Origin: an uncultured delta proteobacterium
Lineage (GTDB): Bacteria > Desulfobacterota > Binatia > Binatales > Binataceae
Assembly: GCA_963711565.1 (NCBI GenBank)
Contig: CAVQEQ010000004.1
Span: forward strand, 1,344,001 to 1,408,000
DNA length: 64,000 nucleotides
Direction: 5' to 3'
Part shown: in pieces, positions 62,248 through 64,000 of the stretch
Numbering within the stretch: the stretch's first letter is position 1
How the letters are laid out: every line of letters starts with the position of its first letter
Notes under the pieces: model-generated
The model's database searches: none
The model's input: the letters and a program-made list of their open reading frames with translations, nothing else
What the model was told of the DNA's origin: nothing
Translations under genes and position numbers: made by a program

Positions 62248-63390
62248 TCACTTTTTGAGTAGATTCCGCGCGATCACGACGCGCTGGATCTGCGACGTGC
62301 CCTCGTAAATCTGCAACAGCTTCGCATCGCGCATCAGCTTCTCGACGGGATACTCCTTCATGTACCCATACCCGCCGAAAATCTGTACCGCGTTGGTCGT
62401 GATCTCCATCGTCGCGTCGGCGCTGAAGGCCTTCGCGTATGCCGAAATCGTGTTGGCGCCTTCGCCCTTGTCGACCAGCCACGCCGCCTTGTACGTCAGC
62501 AGCCGCATCGCTTCGATTTGGATCGCCATGTCGGCCATCATGAACTGGATCGCCTGGAAGTTCGCGATCGGCTGCCCAAACGCGTTGCGCTGCTTGGAGT
62601 ACTTGAGGCATTCGTCGAGTGCGCGCTGCGCAATCCCAATCGCGATCGCGCCAATCTCCGGCAGGCTATGATCGAACGTCGCCATCGCGTACTTGAAGCC
62701 TTCGCCCTCGCGTCCGACCAGCGCGCTCGCGGGAACGCGCACGTCCTCGTAAAAGATCTCGCCGGTGTCCGCCGCGCGCTGCCCGAGCTTTCCATGCATC
62801 CGGTTGCGCGTGATTCCCGGCACGCTCGACGGAAACACGAAGCACGAGATGCCCTTGTGCTTGAGCCGCCTGTCCGACGTCGCGAAGGTGACGTACCAGT
62901 CCGCGCGCGAGCCGTTCGAGATAAAATGCTTGGTGCCGTTGATTACGAACTCGTCGCCCTCGCGCCGATACGTCGTGCTCATCGCGGCAACGTCCGAGCC
63001 CGCGCTCGGCTCGGTGATCGCGAATGCGCAGAACGTCAGTTTCTTTACCAACTGCCCCAGGTAGGTGCGCTTCTGCTCGTCGTTGCCTGCGATCAGAATC
63101 GGCAATGTCGCGAGGTCGTTGGCGCCGACCGCGTTCGAGATTCCCGCGCATCCGTAGTTCAGCTCCTCGACAATCAGGCTCGTGTCGAGCACGCCGAGTC
63201 CCGGTCCGCCCAGTTCCTTCGGCACCCCGAAGTTCATCAGCCCCGCCGCGAACGCCTTCTCGCACACGTCGACCGGAAAAATCTCCTTTTCATCGTACTC
63301 ACGAGCGCGCGGAATTATTTCCTGCTCAGCAAACTTGTGCGCCAGCTCTTTCAGCTCGCGCTGCTCATCGGTCAAATCAAAACCAAGCAT
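62248..63390 (-). CDS. Acyl-CoA dehydrogenase
   Basis: AITEPSAGSD, NGTKHFISN, KLGQRA, FGGYGY, IYEGTSQIQ. Confidence 0.95.
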   Translation of the reverse strand: MLGFDLTDEQRELKELAHKFAEQEIIPRAREYDEKEIFPVDVCEKAFAAGLMNFGVPKELGGPGLGVLDTSLIVEELNYGCAGISNAVGANDLATLPILIAGNDEQKRTYLGQLVKKLTFCAFAITEPSAGSDVAAMSTTYRREGDEFVINGTKHFISNGSRADWYVTFATSDRRLKHKGISCFVFPSSVPGITRNRMHGKLGQRAADTGEIFYEDVRVPASALVGREGEGFKYAMATFDHSLPEIGAIAIGIAQRALDECLKYSKQRNAFGQPIANFQAIQFMMADMAIQIEAMRLLTYKAAWLVDKGEGANTISAYAKAFSADATMEITTNAVQIFGGYGYMKEYPVEKLMRDAKLLQIYEGTSQIQRVVIARNLLKK

Positions 63391-63544
63391 CGTGATATTC
63401 TCCCGTGATCGATCGTCGCCATTGGTGTTAATCGACCGCGCGATGCAATGAAAGAGCCGCGGCACCCGCGTCGATTCGCCTTGATAAACCGCGCGCATGT
63501 GGGATACGAGGGTAGTTGAGTTTGAACCCTAAAGGAGATCCACG

Positions 63545-63844
63545 ATGTCGATTACTGTGATCGCGAAATTGAAAGTACAGCCCGGCAAGGAAGCCGAGTT
63601 CGAAGCCGCCGGCAAAGAAATGATCGCGACGGTGAAGACCGCCGAGCCCGGCACCCTCGCCTACATCCTGCACAAGAACACCAAGGACCCGACCGAGTTC
63701 ACTTACTACGAGGTCTATCAGGATCAGGCTGCGTTCGAGTCGCACGGCAAGACCGATCACATGAAAGCGTTCGGCGGAAAAATCGGCGCCCTGCTCGCCG
63801 GCCGTCCCGAGATAGCGATCCTCGCCGAAGTCGCCCGCAAATAA
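63545..63844 (+). CDS. ABM-domain protein (putative quinol monooxygenase)
   Basis: EPGTLAY, YEVY.D..AF..H..T.H; AAGGAG RBS. Confidence 0.88.
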   Translation: MSITVIAKLKVQPGKEAEFEAAGKEMIATVKTAEPGTLAYILHKNTKDPTEFTYYEVYQDQAAFESHGKTDHMKAFGGKIGALLAGRPEIAILAEVARK

Positions 63845-63852
63845 GAAAGAAC

Positions 63853-63896
63853 AATCCGGTTCCCCTTCCCGCGCGCAATGGCGGGAAGGGGTTAGC
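63853..63896. repeat. REP-like hairpin, copy 2 (possible terminator)
   Basis: AATCCGGTTCCCCTTCCCGC...GCGGGAAGGGGTTAG immediately after the ABM gene stop. Confidence 0.7.
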
Positions 63897-64000
63897 GTTA
63901 CCTTGATGGCCTCTGGTAAACTTAAAGTACCGGTTTAGCTTTACTCGAATGCCTTCAACTCTCGCAATTCTCGGCGGCCAGCCCCTTCGCACGCGACCAT

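Noticed and set aside
63900-64000. 3' end of a minus-strand gene at the right edge
   Set aside because: Too little sequence to choose a frame or product.

Overview
GC-rich bacterial chromosomal segment; gene content and style suggest a deltaproteobacteria-like lineage such as Candidatus Binatota (inference only). It is mostly housekeeping: EF-G2, birA, nadC, valS, tRNA-Leu(CAG), gcvH, ald, ispF, moeA, an NtrB/NtrC-like pair, thiE, thiD, rlmE, pcrA, an L,D-transpeptidase, sugar-modifying enzymes, a QueT-like ECF transporter and an NAD-dependent formate dehydrogenase (fdsG-fdsB-fdsA fused to fdsD-fdhD). Accessory inserts are (i) a three-gene restriction-modification cassette (NaeI/NgoMIV-like m5C methyltransferase, KpnI-like HNH nuclease, Vsr); (ii) a ~7 kb block between ntrB and ntrC that includes a pentameric ligand-gated ion channel; and (iii) an acyltransferase behind a duplicated promoter. 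The most striking pattern is that four lesions in conserved genes (ald nonsense, fdhD and pcrA frameshifts, acyl-CoA dehydrogenase Arg->Leu) fall in or beside GCCGGC, the predicted target of the resident methyltransferase. Several REP/REPIN-like palindrome families occur between genes. No CRISPR array, rRNA, integrase or transposase was seen.
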